64,000 nucleotides of DNA, from IMG/VR virus record IMGVR_UViG_3300020411_003736, positions 32,001 to 96,000 of that record, one strand, 5' to 3'. A program made the translations under genes and the position numbers. This DNA is from a virus. The notes under the pieces were generated by a model. That model saw only the letters and a list, made by a program, of their open reading frames with translations, was not told the origin of the DNA and did not search any database. This document shows positions 16,193 through 26,839 of the stretch, piece by piece; the first letter of the stretch is position 1; each line of letters begins with the position of its first letter.

Positions 16193-16490
16193 TGTTTTCC
16201 CCTATATTAGTAGCTACCAAACGACCTTTATAACATTGACTATAAAATTTATACAACCTATTACATATTTTCATTTCATTGGTAGTTAGTTTCTGTTGAT
16301 TTTCTGGCAACCCATCATCACTTAGTATTCTATCTAATTTCTGAACAAATTTAAAGTCATCTTTCCACTCAACTCCGTTTCTAGATGGAATAGAGTAGTC
16401 GTAGTCTGCAGCCTTTTTGATTTTATTATCCTCTGCCCACACAATCATAGTGTGTTCTAAATGTCTAAGTTTCTTCAGATTTTTGTTCAA
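16185..16490 (-). CDS. Hypothetical protein
   Basis: ORF track. Confidence 0.55.
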   Translation of the reverse strand: MNKNLKKLRHLEHTMIVWAEDNKIKKAADYDYSIPSRNGVEWKDDFKFVQKLDRILSDDGLPENQQKLTTNEMKICNRLYKFYSQCYKGRLVATNIGENSD

Positions 16491-16585
16491 CTTCTACCTC
16501 ACATTTTTCACCAGTTGTTTCAGATACAAATCTATATATTTTTGTCTTTGGTTTTGGTTTTTGTAAAAACCATTTTTTTAACCAT

Positions 16586-17095
16586 TTAAAAATCACCTGG
16601 CGCTACCTGAAATGTATTCAATCCCAAATCTCTCCACATCTTCACAACCTTATCTCTATCATCTACAACCAGAAAAACATCATTGATATCTACGAAAGTA
16701 TCTAACATAGCTTTCTTTAAGATTTCATCTGGCATATATCTCATATCTGGTGTAGCTGGATTACCATCAGCAATCGGCCACGAGTCTGCTTTAAATTTAT
16801 CTGGTCTCATAACTAAAAGGTCAAATGGTACATTGTGTATCTTTAACCAATCTTTAGTAGCAAAGAAACCTCTATCGTTTCTACCACTAAATATAACTAT
16901 TTTGAATCCATCATTTTTAAATAGTTGAGCCATCTTGATGACTGGTACATTAGGTGTATCCCAATCCATAATAGAAGTAGGTGAGGCAAATATTTCCCAA
17001 TCCAACTTACCATTAGGTTTAAGAGACTTATCTCTCCTAACATCAATATTAGCAAGAGTTCCATCCAAATCAAATATAACTGTATTTTTACTCAT
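16586..17095 (-). CDS. HAD-family phosphatase (PseT/PNK 3'-phosphatase-like)
   Basis: FDLDGT, FSGR, MRP...DEILK and DDRDKVVKMWR. Confidence 0.85.
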   Translation of the reverse strand: MSKNTVIFDLDGTLANIDVRRDKSLKPNGKLDWEIFASPTSIMDWDTPNVPVIKMAQLFKNDGFKIVIFSGRNDRGFFATKDWLKIHNVPFDLLVMRPDKFKADSWPIADGNPATPDMRYMPDEILKKAMLDTFVDINDVFLVVDDRDKVVKMWRDLGLNTFQVAPGDF

Positions 17096-17153
17096 TATTT
17101 CCCCTTTAATCCATTTACTAAAAATAACAATAAAATAACATACAAGTCAAGTT

Positions 17154-17507
17154 TTATTTAAAACTCTTTTTATTTTTATTTACTATGTAAGTGTATCCCC
17201 ATTCACCATTCTCATCTTTCCTATAAACTACTTTGATATCTTCCCAATGGAAATGAAAAGCACAATATTGTGTCAATTTCTGATTGTGCTGTGGGAATAT
17301 AAAACTATCAAAATTATCTCTGTATTTATGTTGCTCTCCCTTATAATCAATAAGTGGATAACTCGTAATCTTTGTGGGAACTCTTGCTATTGGTACACCC
17401 TTATGTGTTGTATTTTTTGCACAACCCTTCAGTAGTAATACAATTATTAAAACTATCAGTAAATAAAAAAAAGATAATAAATCCTTTAAATCAAAATTAT
17501 TCTTCAT
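17154..17507 (-). CDS. Putative lipoprotein
   Basis: Hydrophobic leader with LKGC lipobox. Confidence 0.55.
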   Translation of the reverse strand: MKNNFDLKDLLSFFYLLIVLIIVLLLKGCAKNTTHKGVPIARVPTKITSYPLIDYKGEQHKYRDNFDSFIFPQHNQKLTQYCAFHFHWEDIKVVYRKDENGEWGYTYIVNKNKKSFK

Positions 17508-17766
17508 CTTCTGGCTTCTTCCTCGGTTTATTAGTCCAATGCCCCTTTACCAATTCCACATCTGCAAAATCATACCACATTTCATCACCACCATTTCCTA
17601 ACATAATATAATACATTTCATTCTTCATATCTCTTTCCTGTATGAAGCCGAATGTCTCTTTCCTTATCGGACCAATTGATGTGTATTCAGTTGTAAATAT
17701 CCTACAAGGATTTCTCCTACTACCTTCTAAAATTGATTTTTTCTTTTTCTTTTTGAAAAATGCCAT
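17497..17766 (-). CDS. Hypothetical protein
   Basis: ORF track. Confidence 0.55.
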   Translation of the reverse strand: MAFFKKKKKKSILEGSRRNPCRIFTTEYTSIGPIRKETFGFIQERDMKNEMYYIMLGNGGDEMWYDFADVELVKGHWTNKPRKKPEDEE

Positions 17767-17798
17767 ATGTAACCTTTATTTTAATTAAAAAAACTTTT

Positions 17799-18050
17799 TT
17801 ATGATCCGAAATAACTCCATATTCTATCAATCATAAGAGCCATAAAACCAGTACCTAAAATACCTCTCCACTTAGCAGTATTTTCTCTAAATTGAGTATT
17901 CTTCTTTGTCTCAGCCCACAAACCTTCATGTGGATTAAATAGATTCTCTTTGATAAATTTGATATCTTCATGCATCTTTATCCTATCACGTTCGGCCTGT
18001 TCCATCCGTTCTATTATCACATTCAAATCTTTTTTATCTTGCCCATTCAT
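17799..18050 (-). CDS. Coiled-coil plus C-terminal TM protein (XhlA/holin-like)
   Basis: Domain architecture only. Confidence 0.5.
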   Translation of the reverse strand: MNGQDKKDLNVIIERMEQAERDRIKMHEDIKFIKENLFNPHEGLWAETKKNTQFRENTAKWRGILGTGFMALMIDRIWSYFGS

Positions 18051-18129
18051 TGTATTGTTCCATTAGTTGTAAATAAATATAAAATCATATCTGTATCGTT
18101 GTATTTCCTTGCTTGGAAAATATAGAAAA

Positions 18130-18648
18130 TTAAGCTTTTCCAAATTGCATCATTATCATTTGTTCAAGTTGTGGTTTGTTCTCTTCAGGAGTATTGTGCC
18201 ACTGTAATACCAAGGATTTCATCATTACATCAATCTTATTTTTGGTCATCTCTATCTGTACACTCAAATAAGAAACCTCATCTATTTCTTCTTCAATGTT
18301 TACATCATACTTTTGAGCCATATCAATCAAACCATCCAAATCATAACTGTCAACATCATCTTTTAACTTTTGGAAATCCTTATGACTTCCAGTCTTCTTA
18401 TCAGGATGAACCTTTTGAGCTAACTTCTTATATATGACATCAACTTCTTCTCTTCTTTCGACTTTTGGTTTTTCAGCTTTAGCCTCCTCAGCCGCCTTCC
18501 CAGTTCTCATCATATCTAACTTATCTCTGAAATATTCATCAAAGCCCTTTTGAGCTTGTTCGAATATAGCCTGTTGATACTCCAATTCAGCCTTTAGATA
18601 TTTATACTCAGCATTCAGTTTTCTTTTCTCTAACTCTTTATCAATCAT
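18130..18648 (-). CDS. J-domain-containing protein
   Basis: YKKLAQKVHPDK...FQKL. Confidence 0.75.
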   Translation of the reverse strand: MIDKELEKRKLNAEYKYLKAELEYQQAIFEQAQKGFDEYFRDKLDMMRTGKAAEEAKAEKPKVERREEVDVIYKKLAQKVHPDKKTGSHKDFQKLKDDVDSYDLDGLIDMAQKYDVNIEEEIDEVSYLSVQIEMTKNKIDVMMKSLVLQWHNTPEENKPQLEQMIMMQFGKA

Positions 18649-19399
18649 TAAATAGTTCTTTGAACAAATCGTTAGCTTTCTTAGATTGTTCCGATACTGC
18701 TTTCTTCTCTTTTGGTTTCTCTTTCATTTCATTGGCATAAGCACCACGTTTCCACCTATCAAATTCAATATGAGTAGCCATCATATCAGCTTGATGTAAT
18801 ATGTAAGCAATATTGGTTTTCAATGACCTTTCAGGTGTCCAACCTATGAAGTAACTTTTATTAGCCTCTTCATAAAGTCCATCTGTCAATTTTAACCCAA
18901 TGTACTCATTCTCTGACATATTGATACCAAAGTGTTGTAACAAAAACATAGCTCTATCAGTTACAGTCATATACTGTAAGTTAGGATTATGTTTGTATAT
19001 CAGACCTTGATTCTTACGATGCCACTCCGAATCATTTATGGAATAATAATCCTCAGCCAAATCCCCAATCTTACCTAAGTCATGATGCATAGCCGCAAAT
19101 ACTAATTCCTCTTCTGTGAAGTTTATTGTAGCACCATTATCTTCCCACAACTTATAGATTTGTTTAGCACAATTAATAACATGCAACACATGATCCACAT
19201 ATCCACCAGCATAAGCATTATGGTAGTGCTCCCTACCACTCGCAGGAGCTATTGACATCCTTTCCTCAAAATAATCATACATTTCACGCAATTTAGTATG
19301 TCTTTCGTTATCGTCTGTATCTACGAAAGTATCATCTATAATTTGCATTAACTCTTTCCAATTATCCACAATATCTTCTGATGTTAATTCTCTTATCAT
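18641..19399 (-). CDS. HD-domain phosphohydrolase
   Basis: HNAYAGGYVDH...HHDLGK...HQAD. Confidence 0.85.
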   Translation of the reverse strand: MIRELTSEDIVDNWKELMQIIDDTFVDTDDNERHTKLREMYDYFEERMSIAPASGREHYHNAYAGGYVDHVLHVINCAKQIYKLWEDNGATINFTEEELVFAAMHHDLGKIGDLAEDYYSINDSEWHRKNQGLIYKHNPNLQYMTVTDRAMFLLQHFGINMSENEYIGLKLTDGLYEEANKSYFIGWTPERSLKTNIAYILHQADMMATHIEFDRWKRGAYANEMKEKPKEKKAVSEQSKKANDLFKELFND

Positions 19400-19995
19400 A
19401 AAGAAACCTCTATTCCTATTTTACCTTTATAAAACTCTTTACCTTGAAGTTTGGATACTTCACCTAAATTATACAACCTAATCTTATCTGTAAGTTTCCA
19501 ACTAACTTTGAACTTATCTTCAAATTCAAAATTATCTAAACGGGTATCACCATTTTCATCAGGTGGTAAATATCCATCAAATGTTGCTTCAATTTCTATC
19601 TTATCATCAAAGTATTTTTTCTTTTTACTCATACCAATTGAAGCAAATGTTTCAAAGTTTTTGCTGAATACATTGTCATCATCATTACGACTTGTAAATC
19701 CATATGACCAATCTTTCCATTTATGTCTCCAGTCAAGTTTAAAATATTTGACACCTTGACTTTCTTTATTCATATACTCTGGTTTGAAGTAAATACCATC
19801 CTCAATCTTAACCCATATCAAATCATCAATATAAGGTTTACCAAGTTCCCTTTCCCACTGACGATTGAAATAGTATGCTGGGTGACTAACACCAATACTA
19901 ACTTCGTAGTCATCAGGATTAGGTTGAACATTTGGTGTTCTAATTGCGAATGAACTAAATAACATCACACCCGCTAATAGACTGTCCAATATCAT
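19396..19995 (-). CDS. Secreted, probable outer-membrane beta-strand protein
   Basis: Signal-like N-terminus; alternating aromatic/polar strands; C-terminal YKGKIGIEVSL. Confidence 0.45.
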   Translation of the reverse strand: MILDSLLAGVMLFSSFAIRTPNVQPNPDDYEVSIGVSHPAYYFNRQWERELGKPYIDDLIWVKIEDGIYFKPEYMNKESQGVKYFKLDWRHKWKDWSYGFTSRNDDDNVFSKNFETFASIGMSKKKKYFDDKIEIEATFDGYLPPDENGDTRLDNFEFEDKFKVSWKLTDKIRLYNLGEVSKLQGKEFYKGKIGIEVSL

Positions 19996-20125
19996 TATTT
20001 TTTTCTCCTGGTATATTTTCTTTTTGTAGTTTTTCTTTTAGAAGTTTTAACTCTCCGCTCATCACCACTTCTCTTATCAACACCAATCCAATTCATTAGT
20101 GTCTCAATTGCTTTCATAAAGTTAT

Positions 20126-21490
20126 TCATTTGTCTCTCCATTCATAACCATGTTTAGTAAATTTAATCTCATCATACTTCCTAAGAGCGTGTCTATAACC
20201 ATTCCAACCTATTCGAACTCCCCATCCAAGGTATTCCAAAAGTTCTTTTTTGGTTACAAATCTTTTCCTCTCTATAAAGTCTTTTATTTTAAGAACACTT
20301 TCAGTTTCTTGTACTGGTTTAAAGTCAAAGACAGTATCCCAACCATTGAACCATTTAGATATTCTCTCTTCCCACATCATATTTTTAGCCAATGTAGTAG
20401 TGTCGTAATCTATTTTATTATCCAACATTGAATTAAATTTGTTCTTAAAATCTTCTCTGTCGTCATATAAATATGGATAGGGATCATCAACTACACTAGT
20501 CATTTCAGGATAACATAGTTTGTTAGGTAGTAGATATGGAACACCAACAGAAAAACCATCAGTAGTTGAAATACTCCAAGCAGAATACTTCTGAAATGTT
20601 CCCACTCCAAACTTCACATTGGATAGAAAATTCATATAGTCATCTCTCGTATCAATACTAACTCTCTCATTCCAAGGCCTATCAACCTGTGTCAATGTGG
20701 TGTAGACTTTGAAGTCCTGCCTTTGTTCCCATATCTCATCAACAACCTTTACGAACCATTCCCATCCAGTATATCCAGCACCTCTATGATTGAAAACCAC
20801 AGTCTTATCTTTGTATTTGTCCCGTACATTAATCCTATCCACACCCAAATAATGAGGTTGAATGATTTCATGCAATCTGTTGATAACCTTATCATTCCAA
20901 TGTAGAGCTGCGTTCTTAATGGTAAGTTGTTTTAACCAATCGCTATTAACTCCACACTCATCCATCATAAGCAATCCAGCCACACTTTCATACAAAGCTC
21001 TAGCAGGAAAATCCTTATGAACTCCAGCCCTATCACCATATGGTGCATTTTCAGGAACCTCAAACCAATGTGAATAACCAATAAATTTAGGTTTAAGATT
21101 TGAATTGTTATACAGACAATTAGCCATCTGTAGTGTATGTTCTGGCAAATGTGAATACACTATGTCAAAATCATTTCTCTTCCAATCCACATGCGACATA
21201 AATTGTTTTGTGTCAAAATGTTGTCTCATCGTATTGATGTATGTTGGAAGTGTGTACATCCTCTGTTCTACATTAGGGAAATTCAGAGACTTAACAAACT
21301 CTGGTATTAATAATGTGAAATGTATCTTCCATCGTTTGCTCATATATGGTATGGTGTGTCTCAACACCTCAACCAAACTATCAGCCTCTAAGTTATCACG
21401 ATAGGTATAGTTACCATATAACAATATCTTATAATCATATTGTTCATGCTCATACCTATCATCTAAGTAATCATTTATATCTCTTATCAT
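20126..21490 (-). CDS. GT-B glycosyltransferase (possibly DNA-modifying)
   Basis: DIVYSHLPE, VVFNHR and WSISTTDGFSVGVPYLLP...YPE, a GT-B C-terminal signature. Confidence 0.7.
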   Translation of the reverse strand: MIRDINDYLDDRYEHEQYDYKILLYGNYTYRDNLEADSLVEVLRHTIPYMSKRWKIHFTLLIPEFVKSLNFPNVEQRMYTLPTYINTMRQHFDTKQFMSHVDWKRNDFDIVYSHLPEHTLQMANCLYNNSNLKPKFIGYSHWFEVPENAPYGDRAGVHKDFPARALYESVAGLLMMDECGVNSDWLKQLTIKNAALHWNDKVINRLHEIIQPHYLGVDRINVRDKYKDKTVVFNHRGAGYTGWEWFVKVVDEIWEQRQDFKVYTTLTQVDRPWNERVSIDTRDDYMNFLSNVKFGVGTFQKYSAWSISTTDGFSVGVPYLLPNKLCYPEMTSVVDDPYPYLYDDREDFKNKFNSMLDNKIDYDTTTLAKNMMWEERISKWFNGWDTVFDFKPVQETESVLKIKDFIERKRFVTKKELLEYLGWGVRIGWNGYRHALRKYDEIKFTKHGYEWRDK

Positions 21491-21498
21491 ATTCCTTC

Positions 21499-22854
21499 CT
21501 ACTTTACTTCTGGCACATTACAATCACGACAGATAACTTTGGTGTTCTCTACAGTGGTAGCACCACCAGCAGAATGTGCATCTATATGTCCTTTCACTGC
21601 GTCACCGAAACGAAGTGTACATCCACAATCCTCACAAACCTTATTACCTTTACCATCATCATTTTGTAACCATAAATTAAATAAATCTCTATCCGAAATA
21701 ACTCTCAATGGATCAACACCAATCACACCATCGCAACTATCTAACTCATTAAGTAAAAATTGCAATCTAATCTCTAATCCCCTTGAATCAGAACCTAATC
21801 GTGTCTTTTGGTGATAAGCTGTCTCCTCAATACCCATCTTCTTCTGCTCATCACTAACCATTGATAATCTATTGTGTGTAACAAAAAACCAATCAACAAA
21901 CTTATTCCAATGTTTGACTCTCAATGACTTATCATTTAATATATGATTTGTTATGAGAGTTAAATTTAAAATAACACCTAAGTTTATACTCTTCTTATAC
22001 TTCTTGTTTTCCAACATGGTGTATAACTTATCTAAAACTTTATCAACTTTTGTGCTGATAAAGTGATTTCTATATTCAGGTTTCAAATACATATCTTTCA
22101 AAGTTTTTGCTGAAAGACCAGATTCTTTACCTATACCCAAAACAATAGCAGTAATCTTAGCTAACAACTCATCTTGTGCCATCTTCTTAAATGTCAATGA
22201 AGTATACAATGATTTAAGAGATTTACTATCCCTCTTAAATAAATTATGTAATTCAAACTTCGTACCCTTCCACTCATTATCTAATCTAGCAGTTCCACGA
22301 ACATAAGCAGCAGGTGCGGTATTTATCGCATTTCTCTTTTCAGCTTCTGTCATAGCATTAAGGTCATTTAAATCACAAAACATCTGCATTATCTCAGCTT
22401 CATTTGAAGAATGAGTCAACACCAATCTTAATTCGGATGAGAGAAACTTCTCTGCTAAGTGTGGGTGATTATTCTTCACATCAGACCAATTCATACCACT
22501 AAGATCATAATTATCTCTTAACTCATAATCTACCACAACACATGTACCCAATTTAAATTTGTCATTAAGAAAATCCGTAATGGTTCTAAATCTCTGTTGT
22601 CCATCTATCATTTCTGTTATGGAATGTAAAGCGCTTATTCTATTTCCACCATCCATAACCATATACTGATCATCAACTCTAGCGTATAAATTAGGGATGA
22701 CACGATTACCCTCAAAAATACTACCAATGAGTTTTTGTTGCCAACCCTTCCTTTCATGTGCGATGTAATCTCGCTGATAGGCTGGGTTTAAATTTATTGT
22801 TTTTGATATCGTTTCGATATCCTTTATGTTTATCACTTTAAGTGAACTCTTCAT
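21499..22854 (-). CDS. DUF262 (GmrS/ParB-like) domain fused to a C-terminal HNH nuclease
   Basis: PAYQRDY, IDGQQR, F..LN; CEDC...GHIDAHSAGGATTVEN...CRDCN. Confidence 0.8.
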   Translation of the reverse strand: MKSSLKVINIKDIETISKTINLNPAYQRDYIAHERKGWQQKLIGSIFEGNRVIPNLYARVDDQYMVMDGGNRISALHSITEMIDGQQRFRTITDFLNDKFKLGTCVVVDYELRDNYDLSGMNWSDVKNNHPHLAEKFLSSELRLVLTHSSNEAEIMQMFCDLNDLNAMTEAEKRNAINTAPAAYVRGTARLDNEWKGTKFELHNLFKRDSKSLKSLYTSLTFKKMAQDELLAKITAIVLGIGKESGLSAKTLKDMYLKPEYRNHFISTKVDKVLDKLYTMLENKKYKKSINLGVILNLTLITNHILNDKSLRVKHWNKFVDWFFVTHNRLSMVSDEQKKMGIEETAYHQKTRLGSDSRGLEIRLQFLLNELDSCDGVIGVDPLRVISDRDLFNLWLQNDDGKGNKVCEDCGCTLRFGDAVKGHIDAHSAGGATTVENTKVICRDCNVPEVK

Positions 22855-22973
22855 TTGTTTATTTTCCTATGTTTGGCTATTATTATGTAGGACAATCATT
22901 TAAACCATTTCAATAAATGGTATGATTCTTAATCCCTTTGACATATACTCTGCCAATATAGAGTATAATTTTT

Positions 22974-23186
22974 TTAATCTAAAATCTTATCATCAATGTT
23001 TCTAAGCAAAATCCTAACCTTATTATTGTCAACATCCTCATTTTCTTGCTTAGTGATATCCCATTCAACCAATGTACCCTCTTCCCAATCCAACTCATCA
23101 TATATCGCTTTTGGTATGGTGAAAATCAATTCCTCTGTTTTGAAGATTTCATCATTTACTAATTTCTTTTCTACTTTTATTTTCAT
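22974..23186 (-). CDS. AbrB/MazE-like small DNA-binding protein
   Basis: FTIPKAIYDELDWEEGTLVEW. Confidence 0.65.
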   Translation of the reverse strand: MKIKVEKKLVNDEIFKTEELIFTIPKAIYDELDWEEGTLVEWDITKQENEDVDNNKVRILLRNIDDKILD

Positions 23187-24379
23187 CTACCTACCTCATT
23201 TAAATACTTTGCCTTTGTTTGATTCCAACTCTTACCAACAACATCAGCATAAAATAACTTCTCAGGTTTCAATCTACCCTCATCAAATAACTTACTATAT
23301 CTTCTGATAGCTTTTGGTTTCCACCAATTGTTTATATAATCCACATCATCAACATACTTCTTCTTCATAATAAGTTCATCCTCATAGATGTTACCCTTTA
23401 GAAACTCTCTACCATTCTCATATATATCTGAATAGTAAACACCTCTTTTGAAACCATGATCATAATTTGAAGCTCTTAAACCCAACTCTTTAAATATCAT
23501 ATTAATGATAATACTCTTCACTCCAGTCTTTGGACCAGCAACTCCCTCTTTTTGTGTGGTTCTTTCTAAATACTCTTCTCTCTTATTCTCTTTAATCCAA
23601 TCATGCCAAACCTCATAAAATGAATCATCTGGCTTCAATGCAATCCTACCAGCAGATTCCCCAAGAGTTTTCCAATGTGGAATTCCATTATACATTGAAT
23701 GTACACCATAAAGAGCAGTAGTGGTAATACCAACTAAAGTTTCATTATAAAGTTCTTCCCATTTATTTCTTATAACAGAACTTGTAGTCATAGCTGCAAC
23801 CAACTTACCACCTAAGAAATTAAATCCCAAAGGTTGTGTACAACATATAGTAGTAGCAATAGAAGTATGTCTCAATTTACCATCAGTTAATTTATCTTCT
23901 TTTGTCCAACCAATATGTTTATCTCTGACACCTATTGCAACTACATCAGACCCCAAACATACCACACCTAATACTTTCTCTGTGTTTCTATCTTTGATAA
24001 AGAACTTTAGATTTCTACCAGGATTAGCAGTAAACTCCATACTATGAATCAACTTCCTTACTGAAACCCAAGTATCTGTAGCTTTGGCATCCCCTTGCTC
24101 AATATATTCCACATAAGGGTTTAACTCTTCTATCTCTTTTATAGTTTGTTGTTTGTTGTTTATGTCAGTGGGTGTCCACAACATATAACCGACATTGAAA
24201 AACTTATTTGCCTTCTTTACCATTTTGTAGGCATCTTTGTTCAGTTCCTGCCACTTTTTATATAAAGTAATCTCTTCAACTGACATAGCCTTCAACATAT
24301 TCATATTATCGATAAACTTATCCCGCTCCCGATCGTAATTAAACTCATCCGGATCGTCAAAAAAATCATTGAACGCCAC
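23183..24379 (-). CDS. DUF4338 / Druantia DruA-like protein
   Basis: PGRNLKFF...LGSDV..IGVRDKHIGW...QPLGFNFLGGKL...TTTALYG...Y...W..LGES.G. Confidence 0.75.
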   Translation of the reverse strand: MAFNDFFDDPDEFNYDRERDKFIDNMNMLKAMSVEEITLYKKWQELNKDAYKMVKKANKFFNVGYMLWTPTDINNKQQTIKEIEELNPYVEYIEQGDAKATDTWVSVRKLIHSMEFTANPGRNLKFFIKDRNTEKVLGVVCLGSDVVAIGVRDKHIGWTKEDKLTDGKLRHTSIATTICCTQPLGFNFLGGKLVAAMTTSSVIRNKWEELYNETLVGITTTALYGVHSMYNGIPHWKTLGESAGRIALKPDDSFYEVWHDWIKENKREEYLERTTQKEGVAGPKTGVKSIIINMIFKELGLRASNYDHGFKRGVYYSDIYENGREFLKGNIYEDELIMKKKYVDDVDYINNWWKPKAIRRYSKLFDEGRLKPEKLFYADVVGKSWNQTKAKYLNEVGR

Positions 24380-24455
24380 TAAGAACCTTTTATTTGAAAT
24401 ATAACCATAATTTAACTTAAAGACATTTATTCAAAATGTCAAGCTTTTTTTTACT

Positions 24456-24635
24456 TTATTTTGATTCAGCTACAGATGCTTTACGATACTCAGTAACAAG
24501 TTTCTTAATCTCACCAACTGCTTTACGAGCTCTTCCACCAGCGGCTTTGTTACCTTTCTCTACGAACTTATGATGATCAGCTTCAAAAGCATCCCATTGT
24601 TCTTTCATCTGAGCAAATAATTCTGCACTACTCAT
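24456..24635 (-). CDS. Histone H1-like (Hc1-type) DNA-binding protein
   Basis: KFVEKGNKAAGGRARKA...YRKASV. Start moved to MSSAEL (AAGGA RBS). Confidence 0.75.
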   Translation of the reverse strand: MSSAELFAQMKEQWDAFEADHHKFVEKGNKAAGGRARKAVGEIKKLVTEYRKASVAESK

Positions 24636-24740
24636 TATCTTTTCCTTAATCTGAATTACTTTTTTCTCAACTATAACTGGTTTTTGTGGACCTACACCAC
24701 CCCCCAACTTATTTCTCCTATTATAGTTGTTAATTAATAA

Positions 24741-25244
24741 TTACGCCTTTTCTTCAGCCGGCTTATCAATTAAGTCACCAGCTTTACCAGCTTTTTCTTC
24801 TTCAATTTCTTTCTTAGCTTCTGCTTTGAAATCTTTTTTCTTACCACCATGATAATCGTAAGCGTGACCTTCTTCAATCAGAATGTCATTTATACTTACC
24901 AATCCATCTTTATTTCTATCAACATTTTCTGATATCTCATGACCAACTACTGATGGGTCTACAAATATTTCTCCCAACACTCTACCGAACTTACCTGTGC
25001 CATAAGATACAATCTTAAATACACCAGCTTCCAATAACTCTTTATTTCGAGCCTTAGCTGCAAGTCCTTTCACCTTCTCTTCTTTATCACGAGTTCTACT
25101 TTCCCAAGTATCAATACCCATATATCTAATTCGTTTTTTAATTTTTAAATCGAAACCTAAATCAATATAACAATCGATTGTATCCCCATCTAAAACTTTT
25201 ACAAGTGTGCCATTATACTCAAATGACGCTGGTTTCTTTGCCAC
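24741..25244 (-). CDS. Thermonuclease (SNase-like) family nuclease
   Basis: VLDGDTID...IRYMGIDTWE...GKFGRVLG...LIEEGHA. Confidence 0.85.
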   Translation of the reverse strand: MAKKPASFEYNGTLVKVLDGDTIDCYIDLGFDLKIKKRIRYMGIDTWESRTRDKEEKVKGLAAKARNKELLEAGVFKIVSYGTGKFGRVLGEIFVDPSVVGHEISENVDRNKDGLVSINDILIEEGHAYDYHGGKKKDFKAEAKKEIEEEKAGKAGDLIDKPAEEKA

Positions 25245-25256
25245 ATAATTTCTCCG

Positions 25257-25712
25257 TTAAAGGCGATGATTTAAATAATCTTCCCTTTCCTTTACAGCCT
25301 TTTTCAAAGCTGCTTTCTTTTCTTTCTCTCTATCTATAAGTATTTGAGTTTTGGTTCTTCTTTTGGGTTTTTTCTTAACTTTTACCTTTGTAGGTGATAA
25401 TGTACCTTTTAATTCAGGCACCTCTTTACCTTTATGATAAACTGTTCCATCCTTATCAACGAACTCAGCCATCCAATGCCAACCAGCAGGTCGACCTGTT
25501 TTTACTTTGACAGGTTTGTTTTGTTCGGGGAACATTTTGTGTAGTCTAGCCATAAGAGCCCTACTACCTATTACGGATACTGCATCTGTACTTACATTAG
25601 CAACAGGATCACCTGTTATTTTGCAATCCATATATGCTACCCCATCTATAGTGTAACCACCATTCATTTCGAATCTCCTTTCTTTTTGTTCATTTGTTTC
25701 TTTATGTTTCAT
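25257..25712 (-). CDS. Hypothetical basic protein
   Basis: GRPAGWHWM.EFVD.DG.VYHKG motif; Lys-rich tail. Confidence 0.65.
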   Translation of the reverse strand: MKHKETNEQKERRFEMNGGYTIDGVAYMDCKITGDPVANVSTDAVSVIGSRALMARLHKMFPEQNKPVKVKTGRPAGWHWMAEFVDKDGTVYHKGKEVPELKGTLSPTKVKVKKKPKRRTKTQILIDREKEKKAALKKAVKEREDYLNHRL

Positions 25713-25758
25713 AATCCTAACCCAATATAGATATATATAACTATAAAAGTCAAGACAA

Positions 25759-25944
25759 TTAAATCATTTCATACTCTGCATCTATTATTTTCATACAAAT
25801 ATATAATTCATTACCATTTCTTAAAATGGTGTCGGCCAATGAGTACTGTGCCTTTAACTCTTCATTGGAATATTCAGTATTGACCGACACCTTTCCGAGT
25901 ATCATATAACTCACATCATTTACATTGATGATCTTTTTTACCAC
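25759..25944 (-). CDS. Hypothetical protein
   Basis: ORF track. Confidence 0.55.
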   Translation of the reverse strand: MVKKIINVNDVSYMILGKVSVNTEYSNEELKAQYSLADTILRNGNELYICMKIIDAEYEMI

Positions 25945-25951
25945 TCAATCC

Positions 25952-26428
25952 TTAACTTATTTTGACTGAATGTTTTTGGGGCTTGGCGGGCTCCATTTTC
26001 GGAATTTCTATTGATAGTACACCATCCTTAAAATTGGCTTTTATAGATTCACCATCAAGTAATTCACCCAATGTGAAAGATCGTTTAAATGATGAGGCCT
26101 TTAACTCTCTACGAAGCACTTTAGCACCATTCTCTTCAGGTACTCCATGTTTATCACCTGAAATGGTTAAGACTCCTTCCTCAACATCAACATTGAGTTG
26201 CTTCTTATCCAAACCAGGTATTTCGGCAACAATACCAACTTTGTCATCGTATTCATAGACATTTACCTTTGGATAAGCTGTACCTTGATATGGTTTGACA
26301 CCTACTTGGTCTATGATTTCTGGAAATTGAGTTTCCACCATAGTGTCAAACATTTTATCAAATGGGGTTAAAAAATCATCCCTATCTGGAAAAGGGAAAT
26401 TGCGTGTATTAAAAACTAATTTAGTCAT
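25952..26428 (-). CDS. Small heat shock protein Hsp20
   Basis: AEIPGLDK...LTISG...FKRSFTL...ANFKDGVLSIEIPK. Confidence 0.92.
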   Translation of the reverse strand: MTKLVFNTRNFPFPDRDDFLTPFDKMFDTMVETQFPEIIDQVGVKPYQGTAYPKVNVYEYDDKVGIVAEIPGLDKKQLNVDVEEGVLTISGDKHGVPEENGAKVLRRELKASSFKRSFTLGELLDGESIKANFKDGVLSIEIPKMEPAKPQKHSVKIS

Positions 26429-26556
26429 TTTTTTCTCCTATGTGTTAACTTTTTAGTCTAACTAATTACCATCCCACTCTGTGGCGATAGCACTCGGTAT
26501 ATTATATACAATAACTATACCTTATATAAATATATGTCAAATTGACAAAATGTATG

Positions 26557-26826
26557 TCATTTTTTACTTTCAGTTATTGGTGCATCCACATCCAAATAAG
26601 ATTCCTCATCCTTCCACCATTCATATTGTTTACCTTGTCTATCAGCTAATTCTCTTTGTGTGTCGTAATGTTGTTCACTCATTACTTTCCATAACTTATC
26701 AAACTCTTTTTCTTCCATTTGTTTGATACCCATAAAATATGTTTTAGCACCAGAAATACCAACACCGCTAGCAATTTCACATCTACTAACTACCTCATCT
26801 GTTTTATTAACCAATACCCATTTCAT
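26557..26826 (-). CDS. Hypothetical protein
   Basis: AGGAG RBS; ORF track. Confidence 0.6.
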   Translation of the reverse strand: MKWVLVNKTDEVVSRCEIASGVGISGAKTYFMGIKQMEEKEFDKLWKVMSEQHYDTQRELADRQGKQYEWWKDEESYLDVDAPITESKK

Positions 26827-26839
26827 ATGTTTCTCCTAA

